Assembly (NCBI GenBank): GCA_964016885.1 | Contig: OZ024740.1 | Location: 242,730,001 to 242,794,000 of the forward strand | Source: Eledone cirrhosa | Taxonomy: Eukaryota | DNA: 64,000 bases | Reading direction: 5' to 3' | Shown: positions 40,018 through 51,837 of the stretch, one piece after another | Numbering within the stretch: position 1 is the stretch's first letter | Layout of the letters: the number at the start of each line of letters is the position of its first letter | The notes under the pieces: model-generated | What the model was told of the DNA's origin: nothing | Databases searched by the model: none | What the model saw: the letters and a program-made list of their open reading frames with translations, nothing else | Program-made: the position numbers and the translations under genes

Positions 40018-42866
40018 TCATCATCATCATCATCATCATCATCGTTTAACGTCCATGTTCCACGCTTGCATGGGTTTGGACGGGAGTTTTCCCACTTGAG
40101 GCAAAAGTGGTTGTCTTGCTCGCATAGGACTGTCTGGCGGGTTTTCTACAGTTGGATGCCCTTCCTAACACCAACCACATTTACAGTGTGGGGCTGGGAG
40201 GTTTTTACCGTGTTGCCTACACGGCCACATTACAGCGTAGACTGTCTGGCGGGTTTTCTACAGCTGGATGCCCTTCCTAACACCAACCACATTTACAGTG
40301 TAGGGCTGGGAGGTTTTTACCGTGTTGCCTACACGGCCACATTACAGCGTGGACTGTGTGTTTTTTTTGTCGTGACACCTACATGATCTCATTTGTTTCG
40401 GCCTGGATGTTGTCGCACCAACATAACTTTACATTGAAAGGGGCGGTGTGGATGGGGTGGGGGTGGTGGGACGGGGTGTATTTTGATAGAGATGCCTACT
40501 GACTGTAGTAGGTTTTACTTTGTATTTAGGTAAGGCGGGTCTTCTCTATTACTGAGTACCGCCAAAGGTCTCGGTCCAGTGACATTGTCTTGGAGAGGTG
40601 TAAGTGGGTGAGGTCGGAATTTATCAGCTCGTCCCAGGTTTTTCTGGGTCTGCCTACTCCGTGGCTACTATCTATCTTTATTGCCCTGCACTTTGCTATA
40701 CAGCTGTCGTCTTTCATGTGCATCACGTGACCATACCAATGTAGCCTTCTCTCGAGTAAGCAACATATGATCCCTCTTATTTCTAATTTTTTCCTTAGTT
40801 CGTTTATGCTTTGCCGTTCACGTATATTACTATTGCACATCCAGCGGAGCATGCAAGTTTCGTTTCTCTCTAGTCTGCGTATATCCTCTGCACACAATGC
40901 CCAGGTCTCACTGCCATGCAACATTGCTGTTCGTATGCAGGCATCGTACAACCTGCCTTTCATTTTTAGAGAGAACCCTTTAGCGGCTAATAGTGGTATA
41001 AGCTCTCTGAACTTTTTCCATCCAGTTCTGACTCTAGCTACTGTACTTTCAGAGCACCCTCCCCCACTGCTGATTTTGTCACCCAGGTAACGGAAGCTGT
41101 CCACTATTTCTATAGAACCCTCTGCGCAATTGAAAGAGCTAGTATTTGTGGGCACTTGCTGCTACTTATTGCACCAGAGCACCGGCCACATGTAAAATCT
41201 GTGTTCTTAGTTAGCTTACCTGTGATCCCACTACATCTTTTATGCACCCATACTTTGCATTTTGGACATAAAATGGAGTTTCTACCTACGCCTTTCCTAC
41301 ACACTGAGCATGGCCATTTCCTGGAAGGGACCGGCGCCTTATTTTCTTTCCTACAAACTAGAACTTTAGTCTTAGCCAGGTTAATTTTAAGGCCTTTTGA
41401 TTCTAGGCCGTGCTTCCATGTTTGGAATTTCTTCTCTAGCTCGGCCATTGATTCAGCTATGAGCATTAGATCATCTGCGTATAGGAGTTCCTATGGGCAG
41501 CCGGTCTTGAACTCCTCTGTTATAGCCTGAAGGGCAATAATAAATAGTAGGGGGCTAAGAACAGAGCCCTGATGGACACCAACTTTTACGCTAAACTCTT
41601 CACTATATTCGTTGTTAATTCTAACCTTGCTGACTGTTTCTTTATACATGGCTTGTATAGCTCTCACAAGCCATTCATCAACACCTAGTTTTCTAAGAGC
41701 CCACCAGATAATGGAACGAGGGACTCTGTCGAAGGCTTTCTCCAAGTCGACAAAGGCTAAGTATACGGGTTTACTTTTAGCTAGGTACTTCTCCTGTAGT
41801 TGTCGTACAATGAAAAGAGCGCATTTCATCTAGATCGATTCTCTCTCTGATTAGTTGCACTATTACTTTTTCCGTGACCTTCATGACCTGGTCGATTAAT
41901 TTAATGCCTCTATAGTTACTCCTATCTAGGGCGTCTCCTTTACCCTTGTAACAGTTAATGATGATGCTGCTACGCCAGTCCTTCGGAACAACCCCATTCT
42001 GTATGACTTGGTTTACTATCCGGGTGACCATAGTGTGTCCCACCATTCCAGAGGCCTTCAGCATCTCAGCAACTATTTCCGAAGGCCCAGCAGCCTTACC
42101 CGTCTTCATATCTTTGATTGCCTTACTTATTATACTACCTTCAACTAACACTGCTGGTCCCTCTATTGGATCGATCTGGGGGAGACTATCCTTCTCCCAT
42201 TTATTCTCCTCATTTAGTAGCCTCTCGTAGTGACACTTCCAAGTGACCTTCTTATCAGCGTCAGTGATGGCGAGTATGCCATCATCATTTAGTACACACT
42301 TCTCCCCAACAATATCACGGTTTTCCTTGACACATTGCCTAGCAATCCTGAACACCTCACGTTTTTGGTCCTCGCGTTGTAGAACATGCTTGAACTTTCT
42401 TTCCTCTGCTTCCCTTCTTGCGAAGTACACTTGTCTCCTAGCTTCCCTCCTGGCCACTTGATAGTCTTCTCTACTTCCCCCATCCCGCCATACTTTCCAA
42501 GCCTGCTTTTTGGCCTTAATCGACTCCTCCACCTTACTGTTCCACCACCATGTTACTCTCCTCCTGCCTATAGGCCTGCTCCAGCCACAGACTTCGTCTG
42601 CCGCCATCAGCAGGTTTGCTTTCAGGAATTCCCACTGTCCCTCTATATTGTACGACTCTAAATGCTCTTCCTTACTGTCGAAAGCATCAAGTAATATGCT
42701 TTGAAATTTATTTCTGGCTGTGGGGTCCTTTAGCTTCCATATTTTTCTCCTGAGGATAGTCCTCTTCTGCTGTCGAGTACGTCTCGTCCTGACTATGAGG
42801 TCACTAATTATCAGTCTATGTTGGGAGGTGCATTCTTCATGGGGGAGGGATTTAGTGTTTATAACA
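40018..42866 (-). mobile_element. RTE LINE (R1), 5'-truncated, few lesions
   Basis: SQHRLIISD (APE end), TWWWN, NYRGIKL, FVDLEKAFD, GVHQGSVLSP, YADDL, C4HC3 finger, FRYLGD, LHWYGHV; one stop, frameshifts, a deletion after DEM; (GAT)n tail; 112-bp 3' UTR duplication 40128-40351. Confidence 0.95.
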
Positions 42867-42894
42867 GTCACTCTGTCATGTGTATATATATATA

Positions 42895-44165
42895 CAGGGT
42901 GTGGATGATATTTTTTCGCAATTTTCAACTGCTAATTTTATGCAATTTTTTTTTACTTCCATTGTCACTCTTGTCTTCATAAAAACAGTGACTATATTTC
43001 CATTATTTATTTTCAGAATAATTGATTATGAATAATTCTGAACCTCCAAATTTGTGGAAGAGACACGGAGTCCTTCTTGGAATCTGTACCGGGAGGACAA
43101 ATAAGGAAATTTCAAACTTTTTCAGCATCAGCAGGAGAATGGTGGATATGGTCAGAAAGGAATTGGAAGATTCAGGATTCGACTACGAAGCAACATCAGA
43201 GAGGAAAACACATGATCGACGATCTGACGCCTTCAGAACGCCCGAGTTCGTCGCTGAAGTTCAGGATATCATCAACAATGACCCTAGCAAGTCGATGCAT
43301 GCCATTGCAAGGGAGAAAGGCGTGGATGAAAAGCTCATTAGGCTGGTGGTACATGAAGACATTTGCTATGTTTCATACAAGATGAGGAAAGGACAATTTC
43401 TGTCAAAGGCGATGCAAGAAGCATGCAAAGAAGCTGAAAGTTGAAACACCCACTGGAGCCAGACATGCAGTGGTTTTTCTCCAACGAGAAAAACTTCTGC
43501 CAAGACCAGCAGATCAACTCCCAGAACAACAGGTGGCTCGCTGTCTCATCCAAAGACGTGCCCAGAGTCATGTAGACAAAGTTTCCAGCGACAACATCTG
43601 TCTTAGGTGTTGTCAGCAGTCAAGGGGATGTCATGCCACCTCACTTCTTCCCTGAGGGCCTCAAGCTGAACACCGATGGCTACATCCGCGTTCTGGGCAA
43701 GGTAGTAAAGCCCTGGATCGACCAGGTAGCTGCAGGTAGGCTGTACGTGTGGCAGCACGACTCAGCACCCTGCCATACCAGCCGAAAGACCCAAGCCTGG
43801 CTGTCAGAGAACTTCGTCGACCAGACTTCACCTGACAACTGGCCTCCCAGCTCGCCTGACTGCAACCCCCTCAACTTCTTTGTGTGGGGCGCAGTGGAAT
43901 GAGACACCAACAGATCTAACTGCAATATGAAAGACGATCTGAAGGCCAGGTTCACAAGTGCCTTTTGGGGCCTAAGTCGAGGGACAGTGACGAAGGCCTG
44001 TAGCCGGTTCCGAAGCCACCTTGAGGCCGTCATCAAAGCCAATGGCGGATTAATTGAGTGAGATCGAAAGAACAAGTCATGAAGACAAACTGACCAAAGT
44101 TTGATAAATATATCTTAGAAAATAAAACTACTGTGTAATCTCGCGAACAAAATATCGTCCTCACC

Positions 44166-44168
<3 letters not shown>
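42895..44168 (+). mobile_element. Full-length DD37D (maT-type) Tc1/mariner transposon, pseudogenised
   Basis: TA flanks; TIRs CAGGGTGTGGATGATATTTT / AAAATATCGTCCTCACCCTG; FSNEKNF, WQHDSAPCH, then 37 residues to SPDCNPL-N. Confidence 0.92.
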
Positions 44169-44204
<36 letters not shown>

Positions 44205-44629
44205 TGTGTAAGTATTTGTATGTGTGTGTATATATATATATATGTTTTACGTGTGTGAGTTTATTTATGTTTATATTTTACTTATTATGGTTCTATGTAT
44301 GTGTTTACTTATATAGTTGTGTGTATGCGGTTTTTATATATGCCTTTTTAATCATGCTTTTGTTTTTGTCTGTATAGTCTTACGTATGGTTTTGTATGAA
44401 AGTGTTCATTTCTTACAACGCGCAAGTGCGCGCATGCATATGTATACGTTTGTACGTAGATTGCTCCTTTTTGTAGGGTTTATGTGTGTGTTAGTATATT
44501 TGGTTGTATGCATGTTTTTATATACGTGTTTATGCATGTCTATGTGTATGTCTATATGTATTTTTGTACGCATGTGTATGTGTATACGGATTTGTCTGTA
44601 TGTTTATTTTTTTATTTTATACTTTTGTG

Positions 44630-44677
<48 letters not shown>

Positions 44678-44800
44678 GGAGGTGAGTTTTATTGTAGTAC
44701 AATAAAGCAATGCAGATATCGGATAAGAAGCACTCTACAGTTTGTAGGACTGGAGTATACATAATATATAAGATCAAAAGATGGTTAAAGGAGTTCCATG

Positions 44801-44871
44801 TATTTTATTATGCGCATTTCAAAAACAAACATCATCATGCAATAATATTTGTGTTTTCATCAGATAAAACA
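44801..44871 (-). ncRNA. Type I hammerhead ribozyme candidate (left arm)
   Basis: Mirror image of 44996-45066. Confidence 0.75.
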
Positions 44872-44995
44872 GGAGGACATGATATGAAGGCTAAAAAACA
44901 CTTGTGGATAGTGCAGTTTTAAATCAACATATGGATATGTTGATTTAAAACTGCACTATCCACAAGTGTTGTTTAGCCTTCATATCATGTCCTCC

Positions 44996-45066
44996 TGTTT
45001 TATCTGATGAAAACACAAATATTATTGCATGATGATGTTTGTTTTTGAAATGCGCATAATAAAATA
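44996..45066 (+). ncRNA. Type I hammerhead ribozyme candidate (right arm)
   Basis: Stem I tgttttat/ataaaata; CTGATGA 45004-45010; stem II with 15 of 16 positions paired; GAAA 45047-45050; palindromic stem III TGCGCA; AUA triplet, predicted cut after 45058. Confidence 0.75.
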
Positions 45067-45233
45067 CATGGAACTCCTTTAACCATCTTTTGATCTTATA
45101 TATTATATATATATATATATATAGTAATAATAATAAAATTGAAGTCTAAAATACAAAGAGTGCTCGATAAGGATAAATATATATCAAATATATAAGAACC
45201 ATAGAGCAAATATTTATTAAAATAACAGATTAA

Positions 45234-45284
45234 AGTTTAAGCAAAGAATCGCTGCTTTCACCTTTAACGGGATCTTCTGAAACT
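45234..45284 (-). ncRNA. Degenerate hammerhead in the Naiad pLTR
   Basis: agttt-CAGAAGA-t cc..gg t-GAAA-gca..tgc-TT-aaact; core U4 replaced by A. Confidence 0.45.
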
Positions 45285-45363
45285 AAAAAATCAATCTGTG
45301 AACGCAGAAGTAAATATTAAAAAAAAAACGTTGCAACCGAAGGAAGACAGGTAGTCGATACTT

Positions 45364-45637
45364 TGGTTCGTGGAAACATTCCCTGGCAAGGAACGGGAAA
45401 AAACAAAGATAATACGTCATTATTTGGAGCGGTGAAAAACAATTACACGCAAAGACAAAACCACGTTTATGGTATAAATGAAGTCGTAGACTAATATTCT
45501 ATTAAGTGGTTCATGGAGACGTTCTCTGGCAATGAACGGAAATAATACGTCATTATGTGGAGCGGTGAGAACAATTACACGCAGAGACAAAACCACGTAA
45601 ATGGTAGAACAGAAGTCGTAGACTAAAATTCTATTTA
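45364..45637. repeat. Tandem duplication, units of about 143 and 131 bp, in the pLTR
   Basis: tggttc.tgga.ac.ttc.ctggcaa.gaacgg...taatacgtcattat.tggagcggtga...gaagtcgtagacta occurs twice. Confidence 0.9.
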
Positions 45638-47934
45638 GGAAACCGAAAGATTCTCGGCTACAGAGTTAAGAATAAAGTAAATAAAATACAGAGGTAATTG
45701 AAATTAAATATATACATACACGCATCCATATACGTACATACACAAGCATACGCGAAAACACTCACCATGGGTATGCAAATACAAGCACGTACACAAAATA
45801 AACACGCACGCACACACAGAACCCACGCAACACCAGTACCCGCACACATACGAATGTATACACCAAATACATATAAAAATATATATGTGTGTACATATAA
45901 TTAAATAAATGTCTATAGATATACACACATAAATACGTATATAACGCGCGCAAACACATACCTACATGTAAATACACATATGTTCGCAGACCTACGTCAA
46001 CCAAAACACAAAGTACACATATAGACACACCCTACATACGTACGAACCCGCTTACTCACACATGCAAAACTCGTATACACATAACCAAATAACTCGTATA
46101 CACATAACCAAATGCACATGTACCAGTATATATAATATATACGCCATAACATATACAAGCAAATATATGTACGAGAAAGTATACATACTTTCACTAAACA
46201 TACAGGTGATATATACTTACCTATGCAAATAAGTAATGGTATAAACATAACATATACTTAGCTACCACATCAAGACGTAAAATATCTGCGTATAGTTCAT
46301 ACTATCCGTTAGGGTATAATGTGGGGCTGTAATACAGGAAAGTTTTGTCCAATTTATGTTTACAAGCCGAAAATGCGTCAGATTTTTTGTTTAAGGTGTG
46401 GTCTTTGGCGTAGAGTATTTCCAGGGCCTCAGCGGCGCAGAGGTCACATTGTCTTTTATTTCCGTTATACAATCTAGCTTTAGCTAGGATCTCCCAGTGT
46501 AACTTATATTGGGTGTGGTTGTCTTTTAGACTCCAGATATAAGCTGAAAGTGACGTCATATTCCTTCTTAAAGCGTTAAGAAAGAATGGGTATGCATGTA
46601 AAGAAGCTGCTTGAATCTATTGGCGGTTAACCCTATGTAGGCCCTACGGGACGTGGGTGTTTCAACCTTACATTTGTAGACAATGTTACTAGAGAGGCAT
46701 TTCCCGGATAGGGGGCAGTCAACCCGATTCCTACAATTACAGTTAGTACTAGCTACAGGGTTGCACGTGTTCCTACGGCTAGGTAGTTTAGCTAAATTTG
46801 AAGCTGTGATGTTATGTGCAAGGTTAGGAGTCTTAGAGTAAGAAATTTTAATGGTATTTCTATTAAAAATTATACTATATTTATGTGCTGGGGGGGGAAA
46901 TGCTTCATAATAAGGAGAGAAAGATCTTAGCTAATGGTGTGGCCACCTCCATATTATATGGTGGGTTATACCATATAATGCTTCGGGATCTATTTCTTCT
47001 AGGTCTATTCTCGTACTCTGTTTTATGCTACCTTATCGACAAATCCACCCAGAGCTAGAGTTTCATTGTAATATGTGGAATGGTCGTTGAAAATATGCTC
47101 GTTAGTAGATAGACGGGAAAGCCTCAAAGAAACGTTTCTTACCAGGTTCTTGGTTATGCTGGCAGAATGGTTAGAATGCTTACTTATGTAATTAAGCGTA
47201 TCATTCGACTTTCTATACGGGTAATGCAAGCCATTCGATAAATTGAGGGTAACGTCGAGGCAATTAACGACCGAGAGGTTGGCTTCAACCTGTATGGAGA
47301 AGTTGAAGCCTTTAAAAAAGGCTGTGAGTTCTTTTCTGAACCTGTCGCAAGCACGTGGGCCGCACTTTGTCATGGTCAAAAGACCATCATCACGGTACAA
47401 ACCACCGCCCACGTTGGGGAATTCTTCCTTGATAGAGACAAGAAGTAAAAGGCCGATAAGATCAGTAACCTCCGCAGAATCGCTGGCGCCCATACACACG
47501 TCGAATGGGGTACTATTAGATTGTTTAATCCAAATAGAGTCGTCGAAATTAATCACCGACTTAGGGGCATTGAGGGTGACATCAACTTCGAAATCCTTAA
47601 CCACTGTATATATCACCTGTATGTTTAGTGAAGGTATGAGTACTTTCTCGTACGTATATTTGCTTGTATATGTTATGGCGTATATATTATATATACCCAT
47701 GCAAGCGTGGAAGATGGACGTTAAACGATGATGATGATGATGATGATGACTGGTACATGTTGTGGCCAATGCCAGGTCAGATGACCATGTCTTGCTCATT
47801 CAGAACTGATTTTGGCTTGATTTCTATAGCTGGATGCCCTTCCTAACACCAACCTCATTTACAGTAAGTACTGGGTGTTTTTTTTTGTCGTAACACCTAC
47901 ATGACCACTTTACAGTGGAAGGGGTGAGTAGCAG

Positions 47935-48228
47935 GTTTGCTCCTGTACAATGGACAAATCCCTTTCATGTCCATCTCTCTATTTCTCTTATATTTTTCCG
48001 TGGCCCCTTTGTACACCCTGATTCTGTCTCCTTGGTTGTAGCGAGAGAACTGCATGCGATTGATGAAGTGTTGTATGTGTCTTTCCAGTTCAGTGGGATC
48101 ACACATGTGGGATACATTCTTCATCACTCTTACCAAGACTGTGATCCGAATATTAAACTCACCACTATTGGACATCGCTGAACCCATGACCTCCAAATAC
48201 CTTATACACAAAAACTCAGCGATGTCCA

Positions 48229-48229
<1 letters not shown>
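47935..48229 (-). mobile_element. Fragment of a second retroelement ORF, possibly a PLE RT thumb region
   Basis: SAMS...RVMKNVS...FINRMQFSRY...KY...D.KG.CPLYRS resembles PLE thumb regions; family not recognised with certainty. Confidence 0.35.
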
Positions 48230-48275
<46 letters not shown>

Positions 48276-48282
<7 letters not shown>

Positions 48283-48466
48283 GAGTCAGGACCCGGACGT
48301 CTGAGCTCTTGCCATTTCAACAGCTGTTCAGAACTAGCTGTTTTAACAGCAAGAACTCAGCTGTCGGGGTCTCAACTCTTTCATATTACCACACACTACT
48401 ACCCCAATTATTGAGTACTCCAGTGAGTAATGTTCTAACAGGATTTTACTGCATCCATTTTGATTT
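48276..48466 (-). mobile_element. Hairpin-plus-motif short element (family H), copy 1
   Basis: 110-nt imperfect hairpin, then attacc..cac.ctactaccc.aa.tattgagtactc; (TA)n flanks. Confidence 0.6.
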
Positions 48467-48486
48467 ATATATATATATATATATAT

Positions 48487-48871
48487 GGAGGCACATGGCT
48501 TAGTGGTTAGAGCATTGGCCTTGCAATCGAAAGGTTGTGAGTTCAATTCTCAGACCAGGTGATGTGTTGTTTCCTTGAGCAAGACGCTTTATTTCACATT
48601 GCTCCAGTTTACTCTGCTGTAGAAATAAGATGATAGGACTGGGGTCCCTATCATTCCACTGCAAAGTGGTTGTGGAGGTGAGATGGCAAAAAAGCAGCCA
48701 GCCCACACTGTAAAGTGGACGTGTAGGCGCCACGGAAAAAAAGCACCCAGCACTCACTGTAAATGAGGTTGGTGTTAGGAAGGGCATCCAGCTGTAGAAA
48801 TCAAGCCAGAATCAGTTCCCGTCCCACCCTTGCAAGCAGGGAAAAGCGGACGTAAAATGAGGATGATGATG

Positions 48872-48905
<34 letters not shown>
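48487..48905 (+). mobile_element. S2 SINE, long variant with an extra 3' UTR repeat
   Basis: As other S2 copies plus about 52 bp (cccacactgtaaagtggacgtgtaggcgccacgg) also present in the RTE at 53560. Confidence 0.85.
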
Positions 48906-48906
<1 letters not shown>

Positions 48907-49016
48907 ATATATATATATATACATACACACACACAGACACACATATACACATATATGCATGTTTGCTGGCAGGGAAAGCGGATGTTAAAATGACAATGAC
49001 GATTATAATATGGATA

Positions 49017-49655
49017 TGAGGGTAAGTCAAAAATTATCCGCACTTTCATCATAACATATCTCTAGGTTTTTCACACTGCCTACTGATCATTCTGGTACTG
49101 TTGTGGTCACATGATCGAAATTTGAGCTTGATCACACCAATGTTTTTACTGGTTTCAGTGTAAACATGGCCGCACTCTACTAGTAGTGTGCACAAAGAAG
49201 GAACAAAGAAAAGTGATCTGATTTCTTTGGTCGGAAGGTGTGTCTGTAGCTGAAATTCATTGGAGGCTTTTAACACAATATGGCGATAATGCACTACCGC
49301 GTGGAAGTGTGTATGAGTGGATCAAGAAGTTTAAAAGTGGCCAGACAAGCGAGATTTATGAAGAAGGAGCAGGACAGCTGTCAACCTCCACCACTGACAA
49401 GAAAATTCAGCAAGCTTGGGAGATAGTAATGGCGAAGTGACAAGTTATCATCGATGAGGTAGCATGTTCTCTGCAGATTATTCATGGTTCTGCTTATCAA
49501 ATCATTAATGACAAGTGGGGCATAAATGGTTGCACAACCAACCAAAAATCGTCTTGTTGGAGGGAATACGCAAGCTTATGGACCGCTGGACCCATGTTTT
49601 TGTGTAAATAAATTTTAAAAAAACAGGAGTGTGGATAATTTTTGACTTTCCCTCG
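49017..49655 (+). mobile_element. Internally deleted mariner element
   Basis: TA flanks; TIR (c/t)GAGGG.AAGTCAAAAATTATCC.CACT; N-terminal HTH (AEIH..L...YGD.AL....VYEW.KKFKSG) fused to the C-terminal QPK...GIRKL..RW. Confidence 0.9.
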
Positions 49656-51061
49656 TATATACATACACAGACTCTCTAACACATGCCAAAGTAGAAAGTG
49701 CACTTAAAATGAAGATGATCAGATTTTTTTGAATTAAACATTTATATGAATAACTTGAGATTTCTAATTACATGCACTGAGCTGACTTAGAAATGTAAAC
49801 TTGGAGGTTTGTTGTGTTTTAATTTTTTGTGTATGAAACCTGAAATTCCCTGCACCCCCACCCCCCAAGTTCTATAGTGCTTCATAGTAATGACCAATTA
49901 GTTTCTCATTTTCAATATGACCATCGTGATGAGGAAGGGGATGACTTTTACAAAACTTTCTGAGATTTTACATTTTTATTATAGTAGTTTTACACTTTGA
50001 TTTGGATTTTTATACATTATACTGTAAACAAGAAAATACTTATCAAAGAACTGTCTTAAATATGTATTGCGGTTACAACTGGAGATTATTTAGCATGAAA
50101 GTAACATTCAGTTCAGTTCAATAGAATTTCATTTGTGATTAGTAAAGAATATCCTTTAGGCAAAATTTAAGTTACAGACAGAATTGCTATTGTAAAAAAA
50201 AGACTTTAAAAATGTAAAAGAACATTTTTTTTTTTTTAAATTGTATGAATTATGTTGACTGTTTCAAAGTCAGTTCCATTTTTTGGTTTGCATGACTTCT
50301 ATTGAATATTTATTGATGATTGCTGTAAGTTGTTATGCCATGAGGAAAGAAGAGAGAATGAAATAAGCACCAGCAAAGATATTTAACAATTTGAATTAAA
50401 TTAATGTTGTTGCTGTCTCTTATCAAGTATTTATTGATTCTGAAGTAACACTGTACTGACCATGAATAATCAGAAAACTTAAAATGAACTCAACTCTTCA
50501 GGTTTAATGTTTGTATTCATGTGCTGACAAAAGTTGAGTATGTTTGTAATCTTTGAGCAGGTGCTAAAATCAGAACTTCAATTTTTTTAATTTCTAAAAA
50601 TTGCAAAAACACATTTTTTTCATAAACTTGGACTTCATTCATTTCAGAAAAGTGCTCATTCATGCTTATATCTGCACTGCATGATTTTTTTTTTTCTACT
50701 AGTTCAATTTTTAGCTGTCTGATTTCATGAAATATATTATGGTTCACTTTGAATTTTGACAAGACAGTTTCTTAAAACAACAACAGCAGCAAACGAACAA
50801 ATTCAAGTGCCTTCTTGGTGGTTATTTCACTTTAATTCATTTCAAGTCTCTTGATCTACGTGCCAAATATATTGTTGCCTAAATTTAGCAAAGCACATGA
50901 TAGAATGTTTTGATTTGGACTTGATTTCTTGAACAAAGTTTAGAATTCAGTTATTTTAGTGTACACATGCCTATGTGTTGAAGTTAGAAGGAATGTAGAA
51001 AGGTAATTAGGATACTTGTATATGTATTGTGTATAAGAATATAATATATGAATACAAATAA

Positions 51062-51247
51062 TTGTTTCTACTTTAGGCACAAGGCCAGCAATTACCCAGT
51101 GCATTACTGGTACTTTATTTTATCGACCCCGTAAGGATGAAAGGCAAAGTCAACCTCGGCGGGATTTGAACTCAGATCGTAAAGGGACGTAACTATGCTG
51201 GAAAGTATGGCGTCCGACCCTCCACCGATACTGCCAATCCACCGTCC
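51062..51247 (-). mobile_element. S1 SINE
   Basis: Full-length near-consensus copy. Confidence 0.9.
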
Positions 51248-51837
51248 TGTTTTATTATGTTTACTTGGACATATAATTGCAGTTATTTTATAAAAGAATT
51301 AATGAATATCCATTAATTGTGTATTTGACATAACATTATGGATATTGTATGAGATGATGCCATCAAATTATTTTAACAGTTTCATTTGGCTATAATAATG
51401 ATATTCGTTTCCTCTGCTTCTTTTCTTCTTTTTCTCGTGTGATACAATTATCAATTATAACAAAAAAAAAAAAAATCATTATTAATGAACCAAATAAAGG
51501 AAAACCAGAAATAATAGTCTTTTCTTGAAAGAAACATAAAAAGATTATCACGTGTATATAAAAATCTCTTATGAAGAGAAAGAAAACTTCTTATTATTTT
51601 TATGTATAGTGATGTGACTAGGCCCATGGTCAAGAAGAGAGTGGGCATTTGATAGCACTGTCATCCCCTCCTCTTTAATGGTGCAACCCTCAGATTTAGA
51701 AAATAGAGTTTATAAAAATGACCTGAAATAGAATACCCACTCAGAATGTTCTGTTGACGTTTCTAAAATTATCTACAAAACAGTAGACAAAAATACAAAA
51801 AAATAAACAAAATAACTGTAGCCATATTGTTTCAAGT

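Larger units (their letters stand above)
44678..45106. mobile_element. Fold-back element with 172-bp inverted arms (PLE pseudo-LTR-like)
   Basis: 44761-44932 is the reverse complement of 44935-45106 with one mismatch and a 2-nt spacer; unique 83-bp segment 44678-44760; (TA)n flanks. Confidence 0.9.
45122..47696 (-). mobile_element. 5'-truncated Naiad-type Penelope-like element with long 3' pLTR and inverted 5' pLTR piece
   Basis: RT FDVCMGASDSAEV, GLYRDDGL, LDVTL, PYRK; IIWYNPPY; CNCRNRVDCPLSGKC then NIVY...YIG (GIY-YIG), CDLC, CKH; coding about 46302-47605 with frameshifts; 47606-47696 is the reverse complement of 46126-46216. Confidence 0.88.

Noticed and set aside
46302-46780. Selenocysteine recoding in the Naiad endonuclease
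   Set aside because: Conserved Cys positions are TGT/TGC here, not in-frame TGA.
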